Notes: generated from the letters alone by a model not told the origin. A DNA stretch of 64,000 nt from Candidatus Kryptoniota bacterium (GCA_049966155.1 JBMFVE010000005.1:36330-100329), one strand, 5' to 3'. Shown: positions 50,584-60,098, counted from the first letter of the stretch. Translations and numbers: made by a program.

Positions 50584-51297
50584 TTGTCAATAGCAGAAAA
50601 CCTCATACAAATAAGAGAGAAAATTTCAGAATCTCTGGCCAAATCAGAAGACCCTGAACGCTCAGTTAAGCTCGTCGCCGTTTCAAAAACATTCCCCCCT
50701 GAAAAAATTCTGGAGGCATTCGCCGCTGGCCAAAACATATTTGGTGAAAATTACGTGCAGGAGCTATCTCAAAAATTTAACGTATTAAAGGACAAGGAGA
50801 TAGAGTGGCACATGATTGGACATATTCAGACCAACAAGGTTAAGAAAATTCTTGAAGTTCCCACGTTTCTTATTCATACCATCGACAGAATCGATCTTGC
50901 TGTTCAACTTGACAAGGAGCTTCAAAAACTCGGTCAAAGCCGCAATGTGCTCGTCGAAGTGAACACATCTGGCGAAGTTAGCAAGAGAGGGATACGTCCA
51001 GAGGAAACAATAACTTTTCTCAGAAAACTCCAAAAATTTGAAACGCTGAAAGTCAAAGGACTGATGACTATAGGCGCTTTCACTGATGACCGGATGAAAA
51101 TCAGAGATTGCTTCAGGAAACTAAAGAAAACATATCTCGATGTTCGCAATGAGGCAATTGATAAAATAGAAATGATTGAACTATCAATGGGGATGTCTGG
51201 CGATTTTGAAATAGCAATAGAAGAAGGTGCAACAATTGTTCGAATAGGAACTGCTATCTTTGGGGAAAGAATGTCAGGGAAAATCTCAGGTAATTAA
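50584..51297 (+). CDS. yggS: PLP homeostasis protein YggS
   Basis: VAVSK, FGENYVQE, HMIGHIQTNK, LSMGMSGD, RIGTAIFG. Confidence 0.95.
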   Translation: MSIAENLIQIREKISESLAKSEDPERSVKLVAVSKTFPPEKILEAFAAGQNIFGENYVQELSQKFNVLKDKEIEWHMIGHIQTNKVKKILEVPTFLIHTIDRIDLAVQLDKELQKLGQSRNVLVEVNTSGEVSKRGIRPEETITFLRKLQKFETLKVKGLMTIGAFTDDRMKIRDCFRKLKKTYLDVRNEAIDKIEMIELSMGMSGDFEIAIEEGATIVRIGTAIFGERMSGKISGN

Positions 51298-51589
51298 CCT
51301 CATGCGGCGAAATCCTGTAATTACGGCTTGGTCATCCCGACCCTTCCTTGTTTCTTTTTTAATCTCATTCTAAATTCAAGTGCATAAGACGGGAGCAAGT
51401 ATGAATCCTGCGAAGGGCGTTTTCTATTGGTGGAACGTACTCGCAGATAAAGTGAATTCTCTTTTGTTATTTGATTGCCGTCCAGGGAAAATTTTCACGG
51501 AAGCGCATTCCCCCTTCAGCTGGTTTCAACTGATGGCAGAGGAGACATTCCACAACTTCGTTTTCAAATCATTGAAAAGGGGAAATTAG

Positions 51590-52399
51590 TTGTCAAGCGT
51601 CATACACAAAAAGAGCAGACTCGAATCAATTTTGAGGTCAAAAAACGCAACATTGATCTTTGAAGACGAAAATATCCTTGCAATAGACAAGCCCCCAAAC
51701 CTTCTCGTTTTACCTGATAGATTTGACAGGACATTCCCTAACCTGTATAACATCCTAAGAGATGCTCTTGGACAAGTTTTCATAGTTCATCGCATTGATC
51801 GTGAAACAAGTGGAGTAATTGTATTTGCAAAGACCTCAGAAGCACATGCCCTGTTAAATACTCAGTTTGAACAGAGGAGGGTTTTGAAAACTTACAAGGC
51901 AATTGTCGTTGGAACTCCAAAAGAGAAATTTGGCAGAATAAACCTCCCTCTCTCCAGAAGCCAGCGAAGTCCAGGCATAATGAAAATCGACCGGCGGCAT
52001 GGAAAACAATCAGTGACTGAGTACGAAGTTATCGAGGAATTCCACGGTTTTGCCTTTCTCTTTATCAAACCTGAAAGTGGGAGGACGCACCAAATTAGAG
52101 TTCACCTTAGTGCTGCAGGTTTCCCAATTTTGTGCGATAAGGTTTACGGAGATGGTTCTCCGTTTTACCTGAGCAGCATAAAGCCAAAATATTACTCGGA
52201 AAAAGACGAACTGGGAAATGATATCCGGGAAAAGCCTGTACTGGCGCGGACCGCTCTGCATGCTGAGTCTATAACGTTGAGCCATCCGATAAGTGGCAAC
52301 GAGGTTACATTTAGTGCACCCATTCCAAAGGACATGCGATCTGTACTTAACTACCTGAGAAAGTTTAGACAAAAAAGAGAAATGAATTTAACGAAATGA
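51590..52399 (+). CDS. RluA-family pseudouridine synthase
   Basis: IDKP, VHRIDRETSG, GRTHQIRVH. Confidence 0.93.
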   Translation: MSSVIHKKSRLESILRSKNATLIFEDENILAIDKPPNLLVLPDRFDRTFPNLYNILRDALGQVFIVHRIDRETSGVIVFAKTSEAHALLNTQFEQRRVLKTYKAIVVGTPKEKFGRINLPLSRSQRSPGIMKIDRRHGKQSVTEYEVIEEFHGFAFLFIKPESGRTHQIRVHLSAAGFPILCDKVYGDGSPFYLSSIKPKYYSEKDELGNDIREKPVLARTALHAESITLSHPISGNEVTFSAPIPKDMRSVLNYLRKFRQKREMNLTK

Positions 52400-52439
52400 A
52401 CTATATCCCTGGAATTTGTTTTAACCATCATGACCGGTT

Positions 52440-53261
52440 ATGCAGACAATAGGCGACCCAACCATCATAAATCCCTCTCACATTTCAAATACAGATCGGA
52501 GGAGGCTTACTGAGGAAAGAATCCGGACCAACACAGCTATAGAAGACCCAAACGAAATGAGCGATGATTATTACGAAACTCTGATTCGTCTGCTTCTAAA
52601 AACTGCAGAATCAGAGCTGTCTCTTGCATTTGCACGGCACCAATGGCTTTTCAAAGCATCTCTTATTGAACAAAAATTCATCCTGTCTGACATTTTAAGA
52701 GGCCACTTAAGAGTTGCCAACACTATCTTCAAGCTTACAAAATCAATTGGTTTCGACGCCAGTTCGTACACGAGTAGATACCATTTCTACCCGGATCCCG
52801 GTTTCGGCAACTCACAATTTGAAAATCCCCCTGAGTCAGGAATCGAAGATCGTATCCTATTGCCTTACCAACCTGTAAGCACTTGGTTGGAACTCTCAAT
52901 GTCACTGTTTTGCATTACGAGAGCAGTGTCAATCAAAATGGAGAACACAATATCATCATCATTTGGCCCATGGAAAAGAGAATGCCGGGTCTTTCTGTAT
53001 GAGAGAAAGAAGGATTTGATCATTGCAGAAAGCTGGATAAAAAATTTTGTATTCAATAAATCTATGAAAAAGGAGACTGAGCTCATGTTGGAAAAGTGGT
53101 TCACAGCTGCAGTTAACGAATTCGTGCGTGAGGATGAAGGGTTTGCTGAAAATCAGAAGAGGCTCGGCCTGGGGAAAAAAAGCATTCAGGAGTTAAAAAG
53201 GGATTTTCAAAATGAAATGAGAACAAAATGCAGTGAACTCGGGCTTCATATTCCTGAATAA
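52440..53261 (+). CDS. degenerate PaaA/PaaC-like ferritin-fold protein
   Basis: IE..EM.DDY..TLIR.L...AESE and SSFGPW resemble PaaA; diiron ExxH motifs absent. Confidence 0.6.
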   Translation: MQTIGDPTIINPSHISNTDRRRLTEERIRTNTAIEDPNEMSDDYYETLIRLLLKTAESELSLAFARHQWLFKASLIEQKFILSDILRGHLRVANTIFKLTKSIGFDASSYTSRYHFYPDPGFGNSQFENPPESGIEDRILLPYQPVSTWLELSMSLFCITRAVSIKMENTISSSFGPWKRECRVFLYERKKDLIIAESWIKNFVFNKSMKKETELMLEKWFTAAVNEFVREDEGFAENQKRLGLGKKSIQELKRDFQNEMRTKCSELGLHIPE

Positions 53262-53285
53262 AGGTCCAGAAATTATTTCACAAAG

Positions 53286-54491
53286 ATGAAAGCTGTAGGC
53301 ATTGCTGGCACCGGGACCATGGGTGGCGGAATAGCCATGATTTTTGCACGCAGCGGCTGGGAGGTACTGCTTTACGACATTTCAAAGGAGATAGTCATTC
53401 ATGCACTCGAGGTCATAGGGAACCAGTTCCAGAGGGAGGTACTAAAAGGACACATCCAGCCGGAAGATGCTCAGGCGGCACTTGCGCGGATTCATCCGCG
53501 CACTGATCTGGCTGATTTCGCAGAGGCTCATCTGGTCATCGAAACTGTACCCGAAATTTTAAGCCTGAAAAAAGATCTTTTTCACAAACTCGACGAAATC
53601 TGCAGCGAATCAGTCCCCTTAACATCTAACACTTCCAGCCTTTCTATAGGAGCACTTGCTTCTGTATGCAACCACAAAGAACGAATAGCCGGCTTTCACT
53701 TCTTCAATCCAGCTTATAAGATGAAGCTGGTTGAAGTAGTTAAAACGGATTTCCTGTCTAAAGAAATCCTGAATGAATTGCTCGTGACAGTACGACAAAT
53801 TGGGAAAACACCCGTTGTAGCCAGGGACACTCCTGGATTTATTGTCAATCGCTGCTCCAGGCATTTTTACCTTGAGCCACTTCGTGCTCTTTCAGAACGC
53901 ATAGCTGGAGTTGAGGAAATAGATTATGCCTTTCTTCAAGCGGGTTTTGGAATAGGACCATTTGCAACGCTTGACCTAATTGGGCTCGATGTGAACTTTG
54001 CTGTTTCGAAGTCCATATATGAACAGTACTTCTATGAACCAAGGTTCAGACCTGTGCTGATCCAGTCAAAAATGGTCGAACTTAACAGGCTTGGAAGAAA
54101 AACCGGTTCGGGATTTTATAGCTATTTAAATGAAAAACCCAGGGCCTGTTTCAAACTGGAAAGGAGAGCAGCATCAATAAGTGAAGCACTCCGTGAGCTT
54201 TCAATGAAAATAATAAATCCACTGGGAGTGAAAGCTTCTCTCAACGATCAGCAAACTTTCGTTCTTGCCAGAACTATCAGCATGATAGTGAACGAAGCGC
54301 ACTTCATGGTAGAGGAAGGCGTGGCATCTCAAGACGATATTGATCTTGCAATTAAACTTGGAACGAGTTTTCCGGGAGGCCCTTTTGAATTTACGGAATC
54401 AATGGGTCGCTATCTAATAGGCGAGTTCCTTCAAGCAATGAGAAAAGTTTACGGCGAGATTTACAGACCAAGCCTCCTTCTGATTTACTAA
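53286..54491 (+). CDS. 3-hydroxyacyl-CoA dehydrogenase (PaaH-like, duplicated C-terminal domain)
   Basis: GTGTMGGGIA, SNTSS, HFFNP, PGFIVNR. Confidence 0.9.
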   Translation: MKAVGIAGTGTMGGGIAMIFARSGWEVLLYDISKEIVIHALEVIGNQFQREVLKGHIQPEDAQAALARIHPRTDLADFAEAHLVIETVPEILSLKKDLFHKLDEICSESVPLTSNTSSLSIGALASVCNHKERIAGFHFFNPAYKMKLVEVVKTDFLSKEILNELLVTVRQIGKTPVVARDTPGFIVNRCSRHFYLEPLRALSERIAGVEEIDYAFLQAGFGIGPFATLDLIGLDVNFAVSKSIYEQYFYEPRFRPVLIQSKMVELNRLGRKTGSGFYSYLNEKPRACFKLERRAASISEALRELSMKIINPLGVKASLNDQQTFVLARTISMIVNEAHFMVEEGVASQDDIDLAIKLGTSFPGGPFEFTESMGRYLIGEFLQAMRKVYGEIYRPSLLLIY

Positions 54492-54560
54492 GACCGCGTA
54501 AAGCAAATACATATTATTTTTGTCAGTAAATTTTTGTTAACTTAAAAATGGGAGGAGTGA

Positions 54561-55100
54561 ATGAAGTTAAGAGACGCCCTGGTTTTGTCTACATTCTTGG
54601 TTGTAAACGCCGCTGCAAACGCTCAGGTGATAGATTTTCGTCAACTTGAACTATCTCTTCCTCAGGATAGCGTTATTGATGGCTATAGGCGTACAAAGGC
54701 GGGTGGCGAAACTGCTGCGATGATGGGTTTTTCTACATCCTGGGCTCAAGTTGGTTACAAAGCAGATGCTGAATCATCCTCCTCATATATATCATTCAGG
54801 GTCAGCGATATGATCCATGTGTCCTCATTTTTCATACTAGCAATGACGGGCAATGTCGATAAGGAGACAAAAACAGGCTATGAGAGAACGGTGGACTACA
54901 GGGGTTTAAAAATTCTTGAAGCTTACGATTCCCTTTCCAAATCCGCTAAACTGGAAATGCCTGTGGCGGGTCGTTTCCTTGTTCAAGTTGCCGGCAATAA
55001 TATAAGCAGCATCAAGACGCTGTATCATTTCCTGGAATTGTCAGATATCGCAAGACTGGAAAGGGTTGTGTCAAACTCAGACCAAAATAGAACAAAATGA
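54561..55100 (+). CDS. hypothetical secreted protein
   Basis: SD GGAGGAG, signal peptide ending ANA/Q. Confidence 0.7.
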   Translation: MKLRDALVLSTFLVVNAAANAQVIDFRQLELSLPQDSVIDGYRRTKAGGETAAMMGFSTSWAQVGYKADAESSSSYISFRVSDMIHVSSFFILAMTGNVDKETKTGYERTVDYRGLKILEAYDSLSKSAKLEMPVAGRFLVQVAGNNISSIKTLYHFLELSDIARLERVVSNSDQNRTK

Positions 55101-55112
55101 TGGAGAAAAAAA

Positions 55113-55613
55113 ATGAATAGCTGGTTGACAATGTCTATTGTATTTCACCTTGTTGGCGCTGGAATGATATTTACAGTTCTACTCGCCGGACCGATAGTTG
55201 AAGCAAATTTCAGGTGGGAAAACGACGTCCGAATGAAGCAACATGCCGCAAAACTTTTGCGCAGCATTGGCTTGCTGTCACCTTTCGGTGCATTAATCCT
55301 GGTCTTAAGTGGAATCACAAATATGGTCATTTTAGATATCACATTCGCCTCTCTCTTTGGAGGAAGCGCAACCTGGTTAGGGGTGAAACTCATATTGTTC
55401 GTGATCCTCTTAATTATTGGTATGACAGTCAATCCCAAAATCTCAAGACAACGTGCAGCGGTGCTCGACCAGATGACCCAGATAAACCCGCCTGAATCTG
55501 GAACCGACACTCTGGCTTCTTTAAATGCTCGACAGACAATTTCTTTCTTATTTCAGTGGATTATCGTCGTTCTGATACTGCTTCTGACCATTGTCAGACC
55601 CTGGTCTCATTAA
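55113..55613 (+). CDS. four-TM membrane protein (CopD/DUF2269-like)
   Basis: N-terminal His, SG..M motif, 'LGVKL' in third TM. Confidence 0.6.
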   Translation: MNSWLTMSIVFHLVGAGMIFTVLLAGPIVEANFRWENDVRMKQHAAKLLRSIGLLSPFGALILVLSGITNMVILDITFASLFGGSATWLGVKLILFVILLIIGMTVNPKISRQRAAVLDQMTQINPPESGTDTLASLNARQTISFLFQWIIVVLILLLTIVRPWSH

Positions 55614-55679
55614 GCAAAGATGTTTTAAGGCTTCAGAATCTCTTTCTTGCTTATCCAAAAGAATCTTTTAAGACGCTTC

Positions 55680-55709
55680 TTGCAACTATAAACATTTAAG
55701 TTTTATATT
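55680..55709 (+). promoter_or_regulatory. promoter of the sRNA/tRNA-Glu unit
   Basis: TTGCAA-N18-TATATT. Confidence 0.55.
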
Positions 55710-55714
55710 AGTTA

Positions 55715-55794
55715 GTGAAGAGAATGTTTCTCTTCTTCATGGCACCTCCTTTCTTGGTCTGTCTGTCTGCTGGCGGCGGGTGGACAGACCTTTT
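55715..55794 (+). ncRNA. candidate ~80-nt sRNA with an anti-Shine-Dalgarno linker
   Basis: Hairpin GAAGAGAA/TTCTCTTC, linker CACCTCCTTTCT, 15-bp terminator-like stem, then TTTT. Confidence 0.6.
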
Positions 55795-55798
55795 GTGT

Positions 55799-55874
55799 GT
55801 CCCCATCGTCTAGTGGCCTAGGACATCGCCCTTTCACGGCGGTAACAGGGGTTCAAATCCCCTTGGGGACGCCA
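55799..55874 (+). tRNA. tRNA-Glu(UUC), CCA encoded
   Basis: GTCCCCA/TGGGGAC acceptor stem, CT-TTC-AC anticodon loop, GTTCAAATC T-loop. Confidence 0.97.
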
Positions 55875-55943
55875 CTATTTACCAATCCTTCCAAGATTCA
55901 CCCCATCAGGTTAAATTATGTGTAAAACATAAGGAGATACCTT

Positions 55944-57023
55944 GTGCAACGTTACAATTCCTTCTCAGAATCATATCCGTTTCATCTGTCTGAACACAAC
56001 ACCATTGGATGCAGGAGAATACACTATATCGGAAACCTGCTGGCTATATTTGCTTTTATAATATTCTTTTGCAGTTTGAACGTTCAGTGGGTTTTCCCAG
56101 CCCCTGTGCCAGGTTACAGTAGCAATTGGAAAGGACAAATAATCCAGGAATACGTTGCGTGGAACACTGATTCGACCATTCAGCGGGAAAATTCAATTCC
56201 GAAAGTAGACAACACGAGAATGCACATTAGAGTACAGGACTCAGTCTTTGCAGGAATGACGTTCAGGATACACTTCAGGCACTTACAAGAACCGGAAGTT
56301 TATATTCCCCTGCATAGGATGAGAGCTCGAAAATTTGACCTCCTGATTCATTTTCATGGCGAGTCACGTGCTGTAAAGTATGCTGCAAGAGAATTCAATG
56401 CCTCGATAGTAGCTGTGTCCATAAATCTCGGCGAAATTGCCGCCACTTACGCTGACGCCTTCAGCGACACTTCCCGATTCAGTGATCTCCTCAGGGGAAC
56501 TGTCAATACCATCGAGAAAAAATTAAAGCGCCCTATTCAAATAAGGAGAATTTTTTTAAGTTGTTTCGGTGAAGGATACGCTGCAGTGCGCGAGATTATT
56601 TCGGTCAAATCCAATTTACCAAAGCTGTACGCCGTCATAATGCTCGATGGAATGCGTGCTAAGTATGTCCCAGATCGAAAAGAGCTAGAAGGGGAAGGAA
56701 TAGATTCGACAGAACTTCAACCCATCCTTGAACTGGCAAAGCAGGCTGCCAATCCGAATTTAAACATAAAGTTCCTGGCTACTCATTCTGAAATTTTTCC
56801 CGGGACGTTTGCCGGTGCTACTGAATGCTCGGATTACATTATCGGCCAACTTGGCTTGAAAAGAAACTCAACGATGAAACATGGGCCCCTTGGTATGCAA
56901 CAGTTGAGCAGGGCCCGACGTAACCACTTTGAAATTCTCGGCTTTGCGGGCAACACGCTTCCGGATCATTTTGACCATCTGGAGGCACTATATCACTTTC
57001 TTAGAGCGGTCGTTCGCCTCTGA
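55944..57023 (+). CDS. hypothetical protein: DUF962/Mpo1-like N-terminal remnant fused to an alpha/beta-hydrolase-like domain
   Basis: YPFHLSEH...CRRIHYIG...APVPGY; IHFHG, LSCFGEGYAAVR, LDG. Confidence 0.55.
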   Translation: MQRYNSFSESYPFHLSEHNTIGCRRIHYIGNLLAIFAFIIFFCSLNVQWVFPAPVPGYSSNWKGQIIQEYVAWNTDSTIQRENSIPKVDNTRMHIRVQDSVFAGMTFRIHFRHLQEPEVYIPLHRMRARKFDLLIHFHGESRAVKYAAREFNASIVAVSINLGEIAATYADAFSDTSRFSDLLRGTVNTIEKKLKRPIQIRRIFLSCFGEGYAAVREIISVKSNLPKLYAVIMLDGMRAKYVPDRKELEGEGIDSTELQPILELAKQAANPNLNIKFLATHSEIFPGTFAGATECSDYIIGQLGLKRNSTMKHGPLGMQQLSRARRNHFEILGFAGNTLPDHFDHLEALYHFLRAVVRL

Positions 57024-57092
57024 AAGAGGGATATCAGGCCTTCATTGTAATTTCTAAACGGCAAATTTAAATTGACGACAAATGAGGCTCAG

Positions 57093-57761
57093 ATGACAAA
57101 CGGTAAAGTATTCTTGTGTATAGCAGGAAACATTGGCAGTGGGAAATCATCCCTTACCCGACTGCTATCTGAACACTTCCACTGGAAAGCTTTCTATGAA
57201 GCTGTTGACAATAACCCATATCTCAGCGATTTTTACGCAGACATGAAAAGATGGGCGTTCCATCTTCAGGTCTTCCTTCTCTCGCACCGGTTCAAGAGTC
57301 ACAAAGAGATTGTTGAAATGAAGGAGTCTGTAATACAGGACAGGTCTATATATGAAGACGTTGAAATCTTTGCGCGTAATTTGCATGAGATGGGGAACAT
57401 GGACCAACGGGACTACGAGAACTACAAAGAACTCTTTTCCATTATGGTGGAGTACCTGAAGCCCCCCGACATTCTCATTTATTTAAGAGCAAATGTTGAT
57501 ACTCTCCTGCGCCAAATTAAATTGAGAGGGAGACCATTTGAACAAGGCATTAGCAGAGAATATCTCGAAAGACTTAACGGTAGCTATGAGGCCTGGATTT
57601 CCAGATACAACCTGAGCAAAATAATGATTGTAGAATCAGACGAGATAGATTTTGTAAACAATAAAGATCATCTTCTTTACATAATTAACCGGGTTGAAAC
57701 AGCTGTCAGAGGTATTCACCGGGATTCGGAAATGCTACCGAATCTCGACACCATAAGTTGA
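57093..57761 (+). CDS. deoxynucleoside kinase
   Basis: AGNIGSGKS, QDRSIYED, RGRPFE. Confidence 0.92.
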   Translation: MTNGKVFLCIAGNIGSGKSSLTRLLSEHFHWKAFYEAVDNNPYLSDFYADMKRWAFHLQVFLLSHRFKSHKEIVEMKESVIQDRSIYEDVEIFARNLHEMGNMDQRDYENYKELFSIMVEYLKPPDILIYLRANVDTLLRQIKLRGRPFEQGISREYLERLNGSYEAWISRYNLSKIMIVESDEIDFVNNKDHLLYIINRVETAVRGIHRDSEMLPNLDTIS

Positions 57762-57822
57762 ACACTTCAAATATGATCAGAAACATTCAACAGCCTTATA
57801 TTCATGCTACCGTCAGCTCAAT

Positions 57823-60015
57823 ATGATGCAGCGAAATAGTCTTGACACAATGGATGTCAAATTTCTAAAGGGTGTTGGTCCACACCGTGCTGAGGCCCTG
57901 TCATCAGTGGGGGTTCGCACTGTCAAGGATCTTCTCTTTTATTTCCCGAGGAGGTATTTAGACAGATCGAAAATCCTTCCAGCAAGCCGCGCAAAAGAGG
58001 CGGCATTGACGAATCAAGAGGTAACATTTGTTGGCAAAATCGAGTCGGTGAAAATGGTGAGGACGCGTAAAGGAGGTATTCTATCGGTACATTTAAAAGA
58101 CAGTTCAGGGACCATTGAATGCATCTGGTTTAACGGTGTAAAGTACTTTTCAAAAATTTTCAAGGAAGGAAACATCACTGCCTTTTCCGGAAGGGTCAGC
58201 CTTTACCGAGGCACACCTTGCTTGTTCCATCCCGACTATGACAGTCTCGAGGAAGAATCTGAACGGCAATTGCTCAACACAGGCGGCATCATTCCGGTAT
58301 ATCCATCCACTGAAAACCTTCGAGCTGTGGGACTGGATTCCCGTGGACTGCGAAAGACCATATTCAAGGTCATCCAGGACATTTTCAACGACAACTTTTA
58401 CAACTTCGAAGTCCTTGCCGATCCGTTACCAAGGTGGATTAGAGAGGAACACAACCTCATCGAAATTAACTCCGCCGTTAGACAAATTCACTTCCCAAAA
58501 TCAGAGAGTGAATTAGAGGCTGCCCAGAAGAGATTTAAATTTGATGAATTCTTTTATATTCAGGTCCTTCTGGCAATCAGGCGTTCAGCAATCAAGAGCT
58601 CACAATCTGTTGTAATGACAAAGCATTACAACCTGACGAGACGTTTTGTGCTTGAGGTTATCCCATTTCATTTAACAAATTCCCAAAAACGTGTTCTCAA
58701 AGAAATTGTCGACGACTTGAAATCAGGGAGGCCGATGATGCGCCTGCTGCAGGGCGACGTGGGAAGTGGAAAAACTATAGTCGCATTAATCACCATGCTA
58801 ATTGCTGTAGAAAACAACTGCCAGGCTGCTTTCATGGCACCAACGGAAATACTTGCACAGCAACATTATCGGACAATGAAGCTTTTTTTAGATAGGTTGC
58901 AAGTGAGGAGCACTCTCCTTATAGGTGGACAGAAGATAGCGGAGCGAAAGGCAATTTATCGAGAAATTGAGACTGGGATTTCAAAGATAGTTGTGGGAAC
59001 ACACGCTTTGATACAGGAAAGGGTGAAATTTCACAGGCTTGGATTGGCTGTTGTTGATGAGCAACACAGATTCGGCGTTGTGCAAAGGATGATGCTTCAG
59101 GAAAAAGGCCGTGGAAACGGTGCGCAGCAAAGAGTAGAACCGCATTTGCTGGTCATGACCGCAACGCCTATTCCACGGACACTAGCCCTAACCATTTATG
59201 GCGATTTAGATGTTTCGGTCATAAGGGAATTCCCACGAGGTAGAAGGCCTGTTATGACCGTTCTTCGCTCGGATAGCCATCGAACAAAAATATATCGGTT
59301 TATAAGGGATCAGGTTGTAGCGGGTCGACAGGCTTATATAGTATATCCGCTGATAAAAGAAACCGAAAAGTCAGATTTGAAAGCAGCATCTGAGAGTTTC
59401 ATAAGGCTTCGTGACGAGGTTTTTCCAGATCTCAAAGTTGGACTGATACACGGGCAGATGACTGAGGTGGAAAAGGATAGCGTGATGATTGCATTCAAGG
59501 AAAACAGGATCAGCATACTTGTTGCAACAACTGTCATCGAAGTCGGCATAGATGTTCAAAATGCCACAGTGATGGTAATTGAGCATGCTGAGCGATTTGG
59601 ACTGAGCCAGCTTCATCAACTCAGGGGCAGAATAGGGAGAGGCCCTCATCAGTCATATTGCATATTAATAACAAATGAAAAATACATTTCAGGTGAGAAC
59701 TTGCAGAGCCATGATGAATTCGTTGCTCACAAGAGGCTCCAGGCAATGCTTCAAACCAACGATGGATTCAAAATTTCTGAGATTGATCTGGAATTGCGCG
59801 GACCGGGGGATTTCTTCGGTCCGAAACAAAGTGGCACCCCCGACCTTCATATAGCGAATCTTATAACAGACAAAGACATTCTCTCTGCATCGCGAAAATC
59901 AGCATTTGCTCTCGTTGCCAACGATCCACATCTCAGGAATCCCGTTAATGAACAAATCAGATCAAGATTGCTGAGCGTTTACAAGGATAGCCTGGAATTT
60001 CTCAAAGCGAACTGA
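57823..60015 (+). CDS. recG: ATP-dependent DNA helicase RecG
   Basis: QGDVGSGKT, DEQHRFG, TATPIPR, QLHQLRGR. Confidence 0.97.
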   Translation: MMQRNSLDTMDVKFLKGVGPHRAEALSSVGVRTVKDLLFYFPRRYLDRSKILPASRAKEAALTNQEVTFVGKIESVKMVRTRKGGILSVHLKDSSGTIECIWFNGVKYFSKIFKEGNITAFSGRVSLYRGTPCLFHPDYDSLEEESERQLLNTGGIIPVYPSTENLRAVGLDSRGLRKTIFKVIQDIFNDNFYNFEVLADPLPRWIREEHNLIEINSAVRQIHFPKSESELEAAQKRFKFDEFFYIQVLLAIRRSAIKSSQSVVMTKHYNLTRRFVLEVIPFHLTNSQKRVLKEIVDDLKSGRPMMRLLQGDVGSGKTIVALITMLIAVENNCQAAFMAPTEILAQQHYRTMKLFLDRLQVRSTLLIGGQKIAERKAIYREIETGISKIVVGTHALIQERVKFHRLGLAVVDEQHRFGVVQRMMLQEKGRGNGAQQRVEPHLLVMTATPIPRTLALTIYGDLDVSVIREFPRGRRPVMTVLRSDSHRTKIYRFIRDQVVAGRQAYIVYPLIKETEKSDLKAASESFIRLRDEVFPDLKVGLIHGQMTEVEKDSVMIAFKENRISILVATTVIEVGIDVQNATVMVIEHAERFGLSQLHQLRGRIGRGPHQSYCILITNEKYISGENLQSHDEFVAHKRLQAMLQTNDGFKISEIDLELRGPGDFFGPKQSGTPDLHIANLITDKDILSASRKSAFALVANDPHLRNPVNEQIRSRLLSVYKDSLEFLKAN

Positions 60016-60098
60016 GATAGCCTTCTCACTTTCAAAACTGATCGTGAGCAGGGGTATTTGAAAAGGTTTAACGTACGCCGCCATACATGGTTGAAAGC

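Noticed and set aside
51298..51589. 69-aa ORF or RNA element between yggS and the RluA gene
   Set aside because: No recognisable motif or convincing fold; left uncalled
55743..55754. Fragment of a 16S rRNA gene followed by a spacer tRNA
   Set aside because: Similarity is limited to the anti-SD tail; helix 45 and all upstream 16S sequence are absent
55799..57060. Integrated element at tRNA-Glu
   Set aside because: No integrase and no duplicated tRNA 3' end (att site) seen
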